Assembly (NCBI GenBank): GCA_964016885.1
Contig: OZ024741.1
Coordinates: 183,334,001-183,398,000, forward strand
Length of the DNA stretch: 64,000 nt
Direction of reading: 5' to 3'
Source of the DNA: Eledone cirrhosa
Lineage: Eukaryota
Below, in pieces: positions 1 through 11,290 of this stretch. The position numbers were made by a program, and so were the translations under genes. Positions within the stretch are counted from its first letter, which is position 1. Each line of letters begins with the position of its first letter. A model generated the notes under the pieces. The model was given only the letters and a program-made list of their open reading frames with translations. It had not been told where the DNA came from and made no database searches.

Positions 1-1192
1 ATATCAGAGGCTGTGCTCTCAACCACTGTCAATTCAGCCAGTTGTTGGAAGATATGGATAATCAGTTCACCAATGTTCCATTCTACACAGAAGTCCGCTG
101 GTTGTCATGTCACAAAGTGCTGAAAAGATTCTATGTTGAGACAAGAAATAATTATGTTTTTGGAGACAAAGGGTCAAAACACAGATGAAATAAAAGATGA
201 AAGTTGGCTCCAAGATCTGGCTTTTGCTGTGGATATTACTGCACAATTAACTGATCTTAATTTGAAATTACAAGGTAAAAACAAACTCATCACTCACTTG
301 TATGATGACATCAAGTACTTCATTAGAAAACTAAGCTTATGGAAGTTACAGTTGTCAAATGAAAATTTAATTCATTTTCCTATGTGCAAAAAGTTGAAAA
401 ACACTGCCAATACTGAGTCTGTACTTAGCTTTGCTAAGTATGACAGTCACCTGGAATTGTTGTCAAAGGAATTTCAGGAAAGATTTTGTGATTTCTCATC
501 TTTTCAACATCAGTTTGCATTATTCTCAGCACCATTCACCTTTGATGCTGCCAGGCAGAAGAAAGCCTGCAGATGGAGCTATTGGAAATGCAGTCAGATT
601 CTACACACAGAGCAAAGTATCTTGAAGTGGAGATATCTGGTTTCTTTTTATACCTTCCTCAAAAGTTAAAAAACTTCAGAAAGTTTGCCACAAAGATTAT
701 GGCAATGTTTGGTTCTACCTATGTGTGTGAACATTTATTTTCCTTCATGAAATTAACAAAAACTTCTCAGAGAACAAGGCTGACTGATCAACACTTGTCA
801 TCTCTAATCAAATTTGGAACTGTACAGACACTTCAGTCAGACAATTGTCAACAAAAAGAAGTGTCAAGCCTCAGGACAAAACACTAAAAATAGTTGAACA
901 GTAGCAAATAAATGTTCAGTTTTGAACTGTTGTAATTTTTCTACAATGTATTTGTTACTGTTGCAAGCTGCAAGTATATGTTGTCATTTCAAATTTTAGT
1001 TTTTTGTCAAACCACTTCCTCCCTTAGTATACATGAATGCTGCTAAAACATTTGTATGTTTCTAAATTTAAGTAACACATTTTTCTGCAATAAATTTTAT
1101 TAAATTACTTTAATTAGTTGTCATGTGCGGCCTTCAGACAACACATATGTGACCCATGCGGCCCTTGGGGGACCCTCAGTTTGACATGCCTG
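1..1192 (+). mobile_element. 3' part of a hAT (Charlie/Buster, GTF2IRD2-like) DNA transposon with a frameshifted transposase
   Basis: ORFs 133-669 and 573-887 give the motifs WLQDLAFAVDIT..LNLKLQGK and MFGSTYVCEHLFSFMK..RTRLTDQHL. The right terminus GTTTGACATGCCTG (1179-1192) is followed by ATGTAGAT, an nnnTAnnn target-site pattern. GCGGCC subterminal repeats are present. Confidence 0.9.
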
Positions 1193-1197
1193 ATGTA

Positions 1198-1840
1198 GAT
1201 GCTATTTCCAGCAAACTTATAGACCACCATGATGTTCCCCCTGTTTAGCTCGTGTAGCTGCTATTTCTAGCACTCCTATTAACCACTATCCGGTTACCCC
1301 TATTTAACTGCTATTTCTAGCAAACCTATGGACCATCATGAGGTTCCTCCTATTCAGGTGCTATTCAGGTGCTATTTCTAGCACACCTATGTACCGGGGT
1401 TCCCCTGTTTAGCTGATCTAGCTGTTATTTCTAGAACGCCTCACAATCAACTCACCCCTATTTAGCTGCTATTTCTAGCACACCTATGAACCAAAATGAG
1501 GTTCGCCCTATTTAGTTGCTATTTCTCGCACATTTATTGGACCACATGAGGTTCTTCCTGTTTATCTAATATAGCTGCTATTTCTAGCACATCGATAGAC
1601 CACCTTGAGCCCCTCCCCCCTGTTTAGCTAATGTAGCTGCTATTTCTAGCACACCTATGGACCACTTTGCGGTTTCCCTTATTTAGCTGCAATTTCTGAC
1701 ACACCTATGGATCACCATATGGTTCCCCCTGTTTAGATGCTATTTCCAGGATACGTGTGGACCACCAGGAGGTTCCTCCTGTTTAGCTGATGTAGCTGCT
1801 ATTTCTAGCACACCTTTGGACCACTTTGAGGTTCCCCCTT
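1198..1840. repeat. Degenerate minisatellite, about 12 units of 44-63 bp
   Basis: Recurring GCTGCTATTTCTAGCACACCTATGGACCAC..GAGGTTCCCCCTGTTTA units, with or without an extra ~9 bp GCTnATGTA. Confidence 0.9.
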
Positions 1841-2119
1841 ATGTTATGTTGTATACACAATAAAAAAAAGTCATTTGTAGGTAAATAGTTAGTTCATTGT
1901 TTTTTTATTGTTCTATGCACAAACACTTATATGTCAATGACTGTAACCCGGATGGATTTTCTTTGAGGATACCTTAGGCTGTGATCACCTACTACTAAAA
2001 CTACTAATCACACTACTGATTCTCACTGCTACCATCCTTCCTAGAACACATTAAGTTCGAACATCGTTATCAGATCTACCACAACCAGGTGAATAACAAT
2101 ATATATATATATATAAAAA

Positions 2120-2301
2120 TCAAAATGGATGCAGTAAAAACCTGTTAGACCATTACTCACCAGACTACTCGATACTTGGGGTAGTAGAATGTGGTAATAT
2201 TAAAGTGTTGGGATCCTGAAAGCTGAGCTCTTGCCATTTCAACAGCTAGTTCCAAACTAGCTATTGAAACGGCAAGAGCTCAGCCATTGGGGTCGGGACC
2301 C

Positions 2302-2305
<4 letters not shown>
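2120..2305. mobile_element. Fold-back relic of the Penelope-like 3' tail family (family A), between (TA)n tracts
   Basis: Palindrome 2222-2284 contains GAAACGGCAAGAGCTCAGCC. The reverse-strand tail matches 29880-29970 and 54650-54730. Confidence 0.7.
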
Positions 2306-2345
<40 letters not shown>

Positions 2346-2680
2346 TTCAAGAGTAACCAATCTTAAAGAGAGAGATGGAGATAGGAGAGGAGAAGAGAGA
2401 TTGGTGAATTAGTTAGAAGCCAAAGCGTAAAGGCATGTGCTCAATGTGCAATATGCAGTGGAAGGCAGCTAGGTGGCTGGGTTCATGCAGAGGTTAGGTG
2501 CACAGAGCTGGAAATATTCATTAGTTAACCAAAACAAGACCACAAATTTCACAAGGAAGACATTATTAAAAGATTGTCAACATAGTTTTAGTTTAATGTA
2601 AGGAATGTAGAGAATAATAATAATAATAATATTAATAATAATAATGTCCGTTTACAATTGTTTCGCTACTCCATATAATG

Positions 2681-2749
<69 letters not shown>

Positions 2750-2752
<3 letters not shown>

Positions 2753-3098
2753 TCATCATCATCATCATCATCATCATATGTCCGCTTTTCCCTGCTTGCA
2801 AGGGTGGGACGGGAACAGATTTTGGCTTGATTTCTACAGCTGGATGCCCTTCCTAACACCAACCTCATTTTACAGTGAGTGCTGGGTGCTTTTTTGCCGT
2901 GGCACCTCCACGACCACTTTGCAGTGGAATGATATGGACCCCAGTCCCTATCATCTCATTCCTACAGCTGAGTAAACTGAAGCAATGTGAAATAAAGTGT
3001 CTTGCTCAAGGAAACAACACATCACCCTGTCTGAGAATTGAACTCACAACCTTTTGATTGCAAAGCCAATGCTCTAACCACTAAGTCATGTGCCTCCA
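2750..3098 (-). mobile_element. tRNA-headed SINE with RTE-type 3' tail (other copies at 52065-52398 on - and 55065-55447 on +)
   Basis: Family head of the form GGCTTAGTGGTTAGAGC..GTTCAATTC, core TTGAGCAAGACACTT, tail AGGAAGGGCATCCAGCTGTAGAAA ending in (GAT)n. Three homologous copies occur in the window. Confidence 0.8.
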
Positions 3099-3144
3099 TA
3101 TATATACATATAGAAGTGGTTACACAAAAGTTAGTTCACCATAC

Positions 3145-3182
3145 CGAGAACAATTGTTTCACCTTAACGGATCCTCAGCTCG
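3145..3182 (-). ncRNA. Minimal type I hammerhead ribozyme motif (family B, left arm of palindrome)
   Basis: Reverse complement reads CGAG-CUGAGGA-UCCGUUAAGGU-GAAA-CAAUUG-UU-CUCG. Confidence 0.75.
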
Positions 3183-3190
3183 TAATATTA

Positions 3191-3228
3191 CGAGCTGAGG
3201 ATCCGCTAAGGTGAAACAATTGTTCTCG
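3191..3228 (+). ncRNA. Minimal type I hammerhead ribozyme motif (family B, right arm of palindrome)
   Basis: CGAG-CUGAGGA-UCCGCUAAGGU-GAAA-CAAUUG-UU-CUCG: stem I CGAG/CUCG, intact core, palindromic stem III. Confidence 0.75.
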
Positions 3229-3334
3229 GTATGGTGAAGTAACTTTTATGTAACCACTTCTACCTAACTCGTCCCATGGACTGAGTGCTCTACCACTACG
3301 GATATTACCTTCCAGTGTTCTACCACTATATATA

Positions 3335-3441
<107 letters not shown>

Positions 3442-3657
3442 TATATATCATCATCATCATTTTACGTCCGCTTTTCCCTGTTTGCAAGGGTGGGACGGGT
3501 CTTATTCAGCACAGCATCTCTCCACTTGTCATATATATATATATGAACAGGTTCTGGGGTCCAGAAACCTTTCCTATTACCCACTCTACTACCCAAAGTA
3601 TCGAGTACTCTGGTGCATTATGGTCTAGTCTACCTGGTTCCTTACCACACTTCCTTC

Positions 3658-3699
<42 letters not shown>

Positions 3700-3702
<3 letters not shown>

Positions 3703-4160
3703 CAATATGTACAAAGGATAACACACCAGAGAGAGAGATAGTGCGCCATCAGTCAAACAGGAAAAAACCACCAGTGTATGGAATCTATAGCCCATGGAAG
3801 GCAAAGTAGACTGGTTGCTGCCCTAGGCACGCTGTGAATTTCTCTCTACCACGTGTGGCTGGACGGTCGCTTTAGATTCTTTTAGTGTTGTCTGAAATGT
3901 ATAGCCTTACACACACTGATGAACCATAGGCTAATCATTTCTGTCAACAAATTAGTTGGTGAAACAGATCCTGTTGGATTTGTACGTGTGTGTTAGATAG
4001 TTATCAAGGTACGTATTTGCATTTTGATTTATACTTTTAATTATTGTGTGTCTACTTTGCCTTCCATGGCCTATAGATTCCATACACTGGTGGTTTTTCC
4101 CTGTCTGACTGATGGCGCACTATCTCTCCCTCTGGTGTGTTATCCTTTCTACATATTGTA
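3700..4160. mobile_element. Element with ~110 bp terminal inverted repeats enclosing a hammerhead (family C)
   Basis: 3700-3811 is the near-perfect reverse complement of 4050-4160. A (TA)n tract lies directly to the left. Confidence 0.8.
3909..3991 (+). ncRNA. Type I hammerhead ribozyme with full stem III
   Basis: ACACACA-CUGAUGA-[ACCA..GCUAAU...AUUAGU-UGGU]-GAAA-CAGAUCC(UGUU)GGAUUUG-UA-CGUGUGU. Predicted cleavage is after 3984, with one A.C mismatch at the first stem I pair. Confidence 0.8.
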
Positions 4161-5559
4161 TTATAAAGGGCTCGAGATTCCTTCTCCTTTGAGCACATTA
4201 ATGACAAGGAATAGCGAGAGTCTATGGCTCCGTTAATTTATCGTGATATATATATATATATATATATATAAACAATGTTTACGAAAATCGGCCACTCAAT
4301 AAATCTGCTAGATTACAGTAATGCTACTGGAACCAGCATTTCAGAGTGCACACAGTTAATAGCAAGTAGCAAGTACGGTGGTTGTGTTTTGGTCAAGATA
4401 TATTATATATCTCATTCCTGGATGAATTCGTTTCTGTGCAACATACTTCACAAATGCAGATATTAAATCTGTAGTGATCAGAAAACCACGCATTATCAGC
4501 AGATAGTTACATAAGCAGGCAAATTCATGTCTTCAGCTGGTGGCCTATGTCAATACTTTGGTCTATTTGCTGTGCATGGTAGTGCTTACCGCTTCGATAA
4601 TGAATCTAGCAGTTCATGTTAACCTTATACTTGACCTCTAATGAAAATAGAGGAAGACCTCTATATGAGACAAAAATACATAATATGGCGGTTGAATTCA
4701 AACAATGGTATTCATACCAAAATAGAACTTCACCAGTTTATTGTATATATGCATATATATGTGTGTCTGTGTATACATACAATCATACATACACACACAC
4801 ATGCATCTCTTTGCATTCTCAGTTCAAATCCAACTGCTTTACATTGTTCTGAACTTGATAAATAAAGTACCAGTTGAGCTTTGAATAGAATGGATGGCAG
4901 CATTTGTTGCAACCCTTTGTGTTCTGAATTTAACTCCAGCTGTGACCTGATTAATTTCTCACCCAGTTTAACACCACTCTCTGAATGGTGGGAGCCTTTA
5001 GTAGAGTCCTCTCTGTTGCACGCATGTGAGTCAGCTATCCAGTTTGAGGATAACTTCCTGCCTTCTTCCCATCTTACTTGGAGGCTTTTTAACCCTTTTG
5101 ATATCAACCAACCTAAAATCTGCTCTGGTTTGGTGAAAAAAAGTCATCCATTTTAAAGGGTTCCTATTTAAATTGAATTAAGAACCATTTGGTTAGCTAT
5201 TATGTTAGTAATGAAATAATTAATGATTTTAGTAAATCACTCAAGATTCTTCATTAATTGATTGAAATAGAGTATATTTCATTAGAAATATAGTTGCAAG
5301 AGGGTTGAAACAGGTCATGGACACTGCGCTTCCTTCTGACCAAGTGATAAAAAAGAAAGGTTGACCTTGGGTTACATAACTACAACAACAACAGCAACAG
5401 TAACAGGACCACCAACGCCGCCACCACCACCATACCATTACTGACGCCACCACCACCACCACTACTGACGCCACCTCCACCACCACCACTACCGACACTA
5501 CCACCACCACTACCAACGCTACCACCATTGCCACTACCACCACCACTGCTGCAGCAACC

Positions 5560-5590
<31 letters not shown>

Positions 5591-5682
5591 TCTGTTTTTC
5601 TCACCTCATTATGTTCTTCAAAATGCATTTTAAAGAATACATGCTAAGATACTGTCTTTGAAGATTAATTCTATAATTGCAG

Positions 5683-5768
5683 GAAAATCTTCTGAAATTG
5701 GCCGATTTTGGATCTTGTCGGATGCTAAATTCTCCACCTCCTTATACAGAGTATATTTCAACTCGGTG
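5683..5768 (+). CDS. MOK: MOK kinase exon (DFG motif and activation loop with TEY)
   Basis: ag|..|gtaaga boundaries. Translates [29 protein letters not shown], matching MOK subdomains VII-VIII. Confidence 0.95.
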
Positions 5769-5855
5769 GTAAGAAATGTTTTATTACTTATTATTGTTGT
5801 CGTTCAAATGTCTCCTCATCCATCACTTTCTTGGTAAATAAAGAAATTATTATTA

Positions 5856-6066
5856 GGGCGGTGGATTGGCAGTATTGGTAGAGGGTATAATGCCATGCTT
5901 TGCAGCATAGAGTTACGGTCCTTTATGGTCTGAGTTCAAATCCTGCTGGGGTTAACTTTGCCTTTCATCCTTATAGAGTCTATAAAATAAAGCACCAGTA
6001 ATGCACTGGGATAATTGCTGGCCTTGTGCCAAAAGTAGAAACAATTATTATTATTATTATTATTAT
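5856..6066 (+). mobile_element. tRNA-derived SINE, the dominant family in the window (about 17 copies or fragments)
   Basis: GGCGGTGGATTGGCAG..GAGTTCAAATCC..GCCTTTCATCC..ATAAAATAAAG(T/C)ACCAG..GGCCTTGTGCC with (ATT)n tail. Other copies near 15540, 16902, 18750, 23620, 24296, 36379, 37652, 41725, 42134, 42345, 43419-44020, 44500, 46730, 59305, 62698 and 63341. Confidence 0.85.
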
Positions 6067-6689
6067 TTTTTACTTGATGTTTCAATCATTGATGTTATTC
6101 AACTGGAATAATCTCAACTATAATAAAGTATGGAGTGCGGGACTGCGTACGGTTTATTTCTTTTAATCCAGTTAGTAAAATTAGTTGGATTGCTTTGAAT
6201 AAATAATGAATGAATTATACATTATTTATGTACTAAATTTCGTAATTTTTTATTAAATTTAATATAAATAATTTTATTGCTTATTTAAAATTGACTTCTT
6301 TTCAAAGTTTCAAATTTCTACACTTCCGATATATCGTCGCCACCACCACCACTTCAACTACCATATATATAGAAAGAGAGAGTGTGTGATGAGAGAGATA
6401 CAGAAAGATAGAGTGATTATGATTTTCAACACGCTGGCGCGTATGTGTGTGTGTGTATGTGCACATACATACATCTATATGTATGAGTATATAACTATAA
6501 TTGCGCAAAAACAAACTTATAAAAATACACGCTCATGGACATACATTCACACATATACATTTACACAAACACATATTCACATATATACATTTACACAAAC
6601 ACACATTCACATATATACATTTACACAAACACACATACAGTCATGATAGCAGCGTTCGATGAATTGGAAATGGGAGGGTAAAACAAGTA

Positions 6690-7350
6690 TAACGTTTAAT
6701 TTATTTATTAACAGCACAGTTTAACTCTTTTTTTTTTAAAAACTCATTTGTATAAAAATTTAATATAATGGTTACAAAACGAAAACACTAACAAATATAA
6801 TATATACAAAGGAAAGGGAAAGGAAAAAAGAAAGAGTAAAAAATACACAAGCACGTAATACACACATCTTAGACCACATAGAACAAAAAGCAGGCGAAAG
6901 AGTGGAAAACGAGATGCTACCAAGGCAAAATATAGCGAGGAGCACTGGGAAACCTCTCTAATAATTTTTGAGGCAAGCCAGTATGCTCACAGTGTTACCT
7001 GGGGTGACGGCGAGGCTGAGGTGCTGGAACAACCAAATACCCTCACGAGCATCACCAGTTACCTCTGTTTGGTGAGCCACCAGTGAAGATAAGAAACTCG
7101 CTGTCAGTAGCCCGACTCCCCCAAACGTCTCGAACGCCTCAGGCAGGATAATGTAGTTAGCTGACAGAACACGGTATTTTAGGATTTTGTTCCGTTCAAC
7201 TGTGGATGCTGTAGCTCTCGCCCTTACTGCTGCATCCATGATGTGGGAAGAAGCAAAAGAGACACTAACGGTGACATCCCAGGTAAGGCACCTGCCTCTT
7301 GACCAGGAGCACAGAGTAAGACCGTTAAGTTTTTCCCATCAATTCTGGAC
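6690..7350 (-). mobile_element. 3' fragment of a CRE-like non-LTR retrotransposon (restriction-like endonuclease); sister fragment at 19730-20040
   Basis: ORF 6958-7239 reads KYRVLSANYIILPEAFETFGGVG..WLFQHLSLAVTPGN. Its 3' UTR is shared with 19730-20040. Confidence 0.75.
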
Positions 7351-7639
7351 AACCCAGACGGTTCCAAAATTGAGAGGATGTTTGCCCGGGCCAAAGCTCT
7401 TAAGTGGTAATAGGACAGTGTGTGTATATGCGCGCATGTGATTTTGTCGGCATTCTTAAATTAGAGACATATGTGTGTCACTGTTTTAAAGTTAGAGACA
7501 TATATGTGTGTATCCCTTTCCTTCCTTTTACACACACATACATTCACATAAGCACACACATATTGTGTGATGGACGGGTGGACAGAAGTCCCTCAAATTT
7601 ATATACATGTGAATGGAGTTCTACTGAAGTAGTTAGAGA

Positions 7640-8255
7640 AGATCAAGGATCTTGGAGCCATGTTCATGAGTGATGGAATGCAGGGGGCTGAATTGAGTGC
7701 AAGAATTGCAAAAGCTGATGCCGTAATGCGCCAGCCTCAGCATTCAGAAGAAGGGGGTAGGTGTAAAAGCCAAACTCGCTGTCTTTCTGATATTTCTGCC
7801 AACTCTTACTGAGGATCATGAATCTTGAGTAATGACCAAAAGAATTCAATTGCAAATAAAAGCGGCAGAAATGGGATTCCTCTGAAGGGTCTTTGGAGTA
7901 ACGTTACTCGATACAGTGCATAACTCAGAGACCAGAGAGTCACTCCTGGTAGAGCCGCTACTTCTCCGAATTGAGAGATCACAACTCCGATACTATGAGC
8001 ATGTGGTTAGAATGTCTCAGTAAAGAATCGCTGGACACATTTTACAGGCAAAACCAACCAGTAAGAGACCCAGAGGTAGACCCTAAGCAAGATAGTTGGA
8101 AAACATTCATAAGCTTGGCTGGTCACGCTTTGGGATCCAACTCGATCAGTTAGAGATGTTTGCTTTTGACAGACTTGCTGGAAAGAGTGTTTGAGAAGGA
8201 CTCTGCCCCCATGACTCTCTCAGAAATAAGTGGGCAAAGAAGAAGAAGAAGAAGA
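7640..8255 (+). mobile_element. Decayed 3' end of an RTE-type LINE; sister fragment at 19112-19495 (-)
   Basis: Remnant AAEMGFL..VEPLLLRIERSQLRYY.HVVRM and an (AAG)n tail. Confidence 0.8.
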
Positions 8256-8394
8256 TTTACTTTTCAATTTACATATCATATCTATAAGCATATATATTTG
8301 CGTATAATATCAATATGCACACTAAACATGCTAGCAGAAAAACCGCCCCCAGGCGATTTTTCTGCTAGTTGCCCTAATAAATATCAAGCTGCTA

Positions 8395-8686
8395 CCCGCA
8401 GCCTCAGATATTCAGGATGTATTACAGGGTCCTTGCCATTCCAAGTAGGCATACCTTTTGTAGTGTTCCGAAATAGGGGGCTGGGCTGATAGTCTTTATC
8501 CAGCCTTGGAAACTCTTTGAGATAGTACCCAATGTTCCCATGCCGATGGCGACAGCTTTGATATCATGACAGTTCCAAATCCCTTTCAGTTCCAACTTCT
8601 CCTTTTCCTGTACTCTTGTGTCAAAAGGGCAAGTTATATTTATATTCAAACATGATCTTTTTTCTTTGTCGAAAACCACCAAGTCT
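8395..8686 (-). mobile_element. 3' fragment of an R4/Dong/HERO-like LINE
   Basis: ORF 8422-8730 reads CPFDTRVQEKE..IWNC..GTLGTI..LQKVCLL, similar to 41050-41360. Confidence 0.7.
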
Positions 8687-8699
8687 ATTATTATTATTA

Positions 8700-9108
8700 T
8701 CTTCGGCGATGCCATAATTAACTTTTTCAAATTTCATTTGAAAAGGAAAATCAGGGTGGAGGGGGAAGTGCTCCCTTCCCATCAATTTATTGAAAGATGG
8801 GTGAAAGGGGCCTGAGTGAATGGGCCTGCTCTGAGTAAGCACCTGTAGATTGGAGGTGGAAAACTGGGAGAGGGTACTTGCCCTGGTGGTCAGGGTCACC
8901 GTGGCTTTTTCAATGAGTGACCCTCAGAAGTCTCCCCCTTATTGGGGAATTTTTCTTTGTTTCATTTTTTTGTTACATACTTTGTTTTTGTTATATGTAT
9001 ATGTTTACATGCAGAAACACCCATTTGTACCGTCCTGTGCTGTCCTTAATGTTATACTTTGTATCAACCTTTGTGGTTAATAAAGAAAGCATTATTATTA
9101 TTATTATT
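8700..9108 (+). mobile_element. 3' end of an L1/Tx1-like LINE with (ATT)n tail
   Basis: FGDAIINFFKFHLKRKIRVE..FIERWVK followed by a UTR, AATAAAG and (ATT)n. Homologous to 56060-56696. Confidence 0.7.
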
Positions 9109-9109
9109 G

Positions 9110-9588
9110 TGGAAGGAAATTTTATTCCCGTAAGTTTGTGATTTTTGAACAGTTTTTATTGCAAACTTATTGTAAAAATTTATATTGTTTTGTGTTAAAC
9201 ATATCCCACTTCTCTTGAGGTGGTTGAAATTAATTGGTATTTAGCCCTTCGGGGCTAAATTCTAATTTGAACTTTGCATTTAGCAAAAATGCCCATCAAA
9301 AAAAGAAAAATGGCGTCATTCAAAAAATCTGTTTCTCTACCATGTCTCCACACAAAAATTACTCCTTCAGCAAGGTATCCTTCTCTACCTTGTCTTTCTT
9401 CACCCAGCTGTCAGCGGGGAGTCTCGCTTTCCTTTTCGTCTTCTTCATCGTCACATACTGAAAGTCAGGTAAAGGCCATTTCATTCTCTTCTTCATCAAG
9501 CGGTGGTCAAGAAGCGGCTGCTGCTGATGCATTTGACAACAAAGGAGGTAGCAGCAACAGCGGCAGTATTAACAATAACACCAGTGGT

Positions 9589-9621
<33 letters not shown>

Positions 9622-10625
9622 CACACCAGCAACACCATTTGTAGCAGTAGCAACAACAACAACGGGACCAACAACAAGACCAGCAGTAGCGGCGGCAACA
9701 ATGATGCCACTGAAAAAGGGACCATCTCTTTTGCAAAGGTGGCTCACAACATAGAAACAGTGCTGATCACAGAGGAGGAGATGTCGGTCGCAAGACACAT
9801 GGTTTCAGTGTCCTTGAAACCATCAACCGACTTCCTGGAGGAGCAAGAGCGACGCACAGTGTCATACCACACAATTGTCACAAAATCGCGTTGTGTGGAG
9901 AGAGCCCCGGAGACCCAAATCCAGAAGGCCATGGGAACTGTGTGGGCATGGAAAACCCACATCACCTGTGGCAAAAAATATGCTACTGTGGAGGTCCTTT
10001 TTGCTACCAGCTAGGAAGCAAAATCGCACTCACTGAGGACCCTACAGAGTGATGACATACCGTTAGTCCCGTTTTACTGCAGGAAAAAAATTGCAAAGGT
10101 CAGGGTAACCCAGGTCCCGCCCTACATACTCATGCCTTTGCTGGTTGTGTCTGTTCTTGTGGGCATCGAGGATAGAACAACCATTCTGCAGGTACAGAAG
10201 TTGGGGAGAGAGGACTGGTCCAGTATTGGAATTGAGATGCTCATCCAAACCGACCAGGTCTGCATCAGCGCTATTTCCGACATAATAGACCTCGGGAGTG
10301 GCTCCCAACTTCTCATATCTGTGGAAGGAAGGTGTCCAAAGTGCTTCCACCGTGGATTGAAGTCTCACCTCATGGCCTTCTGCCCACAGAAAATAACAAA
10401 GGCAAAGGTCCCCTCCTACCAACGCCGGAACTGCTGCCATCAGAAACAGAGCAGTCCCTTGGAGTGGGGCCCCTATGAAGACCTGGGGTGAGGTCATAAA
10501 AGCTGATTCTGCCCAATTGCACCTCTCAAAGGCAATGATACAGGACCAAGACCTCTGGCGTTATGAAGTAATACAGAAGACCCGACTTCCTACAGGTACA
10601 GGCCGAAGCTGAAGCATATAGACAG
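9110..10625 (+). mobile_element. 5' part (ORF1, gag-like) of a Tx1-like LINE, disrupted
   Basis: ORF 9274-10014 continues past a stop into ORF 10132-10491, which has a degenerate zinc knuckle CPKCFHRGLKSHLMAFCP. Homologous to 57350-57970 (VEVRFAT..LQSDEILLIPFYCG). Confidence 0.7.
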
Positions 10626-10901
10626 TATGCCACCACCTCCCACTGTAAAGTGGTTGTGTAGGTATCATGACAAAAACACCTAGTCCACATTGTAAGTGTA
10701 GGCGCCACAAAAAAAAGCACCCAGTACTCACTGTAAATGAGGTTAGCATTAGGAAGGGCATCCAGCTGTAGAAACCAAGCCAAAATCAGTTCTGTATGAG
10801 CAAGATATGGTCACCGGAACTGGCATTGCTCAGAACAGGACAACTCGTCTAACCCATGCTAAGATGGAAAAATGCATGTAAAACGGTGATGATGATGATG
10901 A

Positions 10902-10936
<35 letters not shown>

Positions 10937-11290
10937 TTTTGTTTGTTTTTCCCTGTTAGGTTTTGTTTGTAATAGACAAAATCTACAGTTAAATGCCTTT
11001 CCTGATGCCAAGCCTTACTTATTATTTAAATACAAACTGGTTATCACACATTGAAATACTGAGTCACAGGACTTTTGTTTATGCAGGATATAAATAAATA
11101 TAATTGATAGCTGTGTAAAATGTGAAGTGGAGACATGGAAGTTAACAAATGTACACAAAAACATATATCTACACATGAACACACACACTCACACATAGAT
11201 ATATATGTATATTTTATCACATGGGAACTTTTCCAGGACTAGTTCTGTTTCATTCAGTACATAAATTTTCTATTATATATATATATATAT

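Noticed and set aside
1198-1840. CRISPR-like array of palindromic repeats with variable intervals
   Set aside because: The intervals are homologous to each other rather than unique spacers, no cas genes are present, and the context is eukaryotic.
2040-2078. Minus-strand CTGATAA..TCGAAC hammerhead-like motif
   Set aside because: It has two core deviations and is too degenerate to call without a family consensus.
9274-10014. 246-aa Ser/Asn-rich ORF as a host gene
   Set aside because: It is homologous to the decayed ORF at 57350-57970, continues into a zinc knuckle, and lies in a MOK intron. It is a LINE ORF1.
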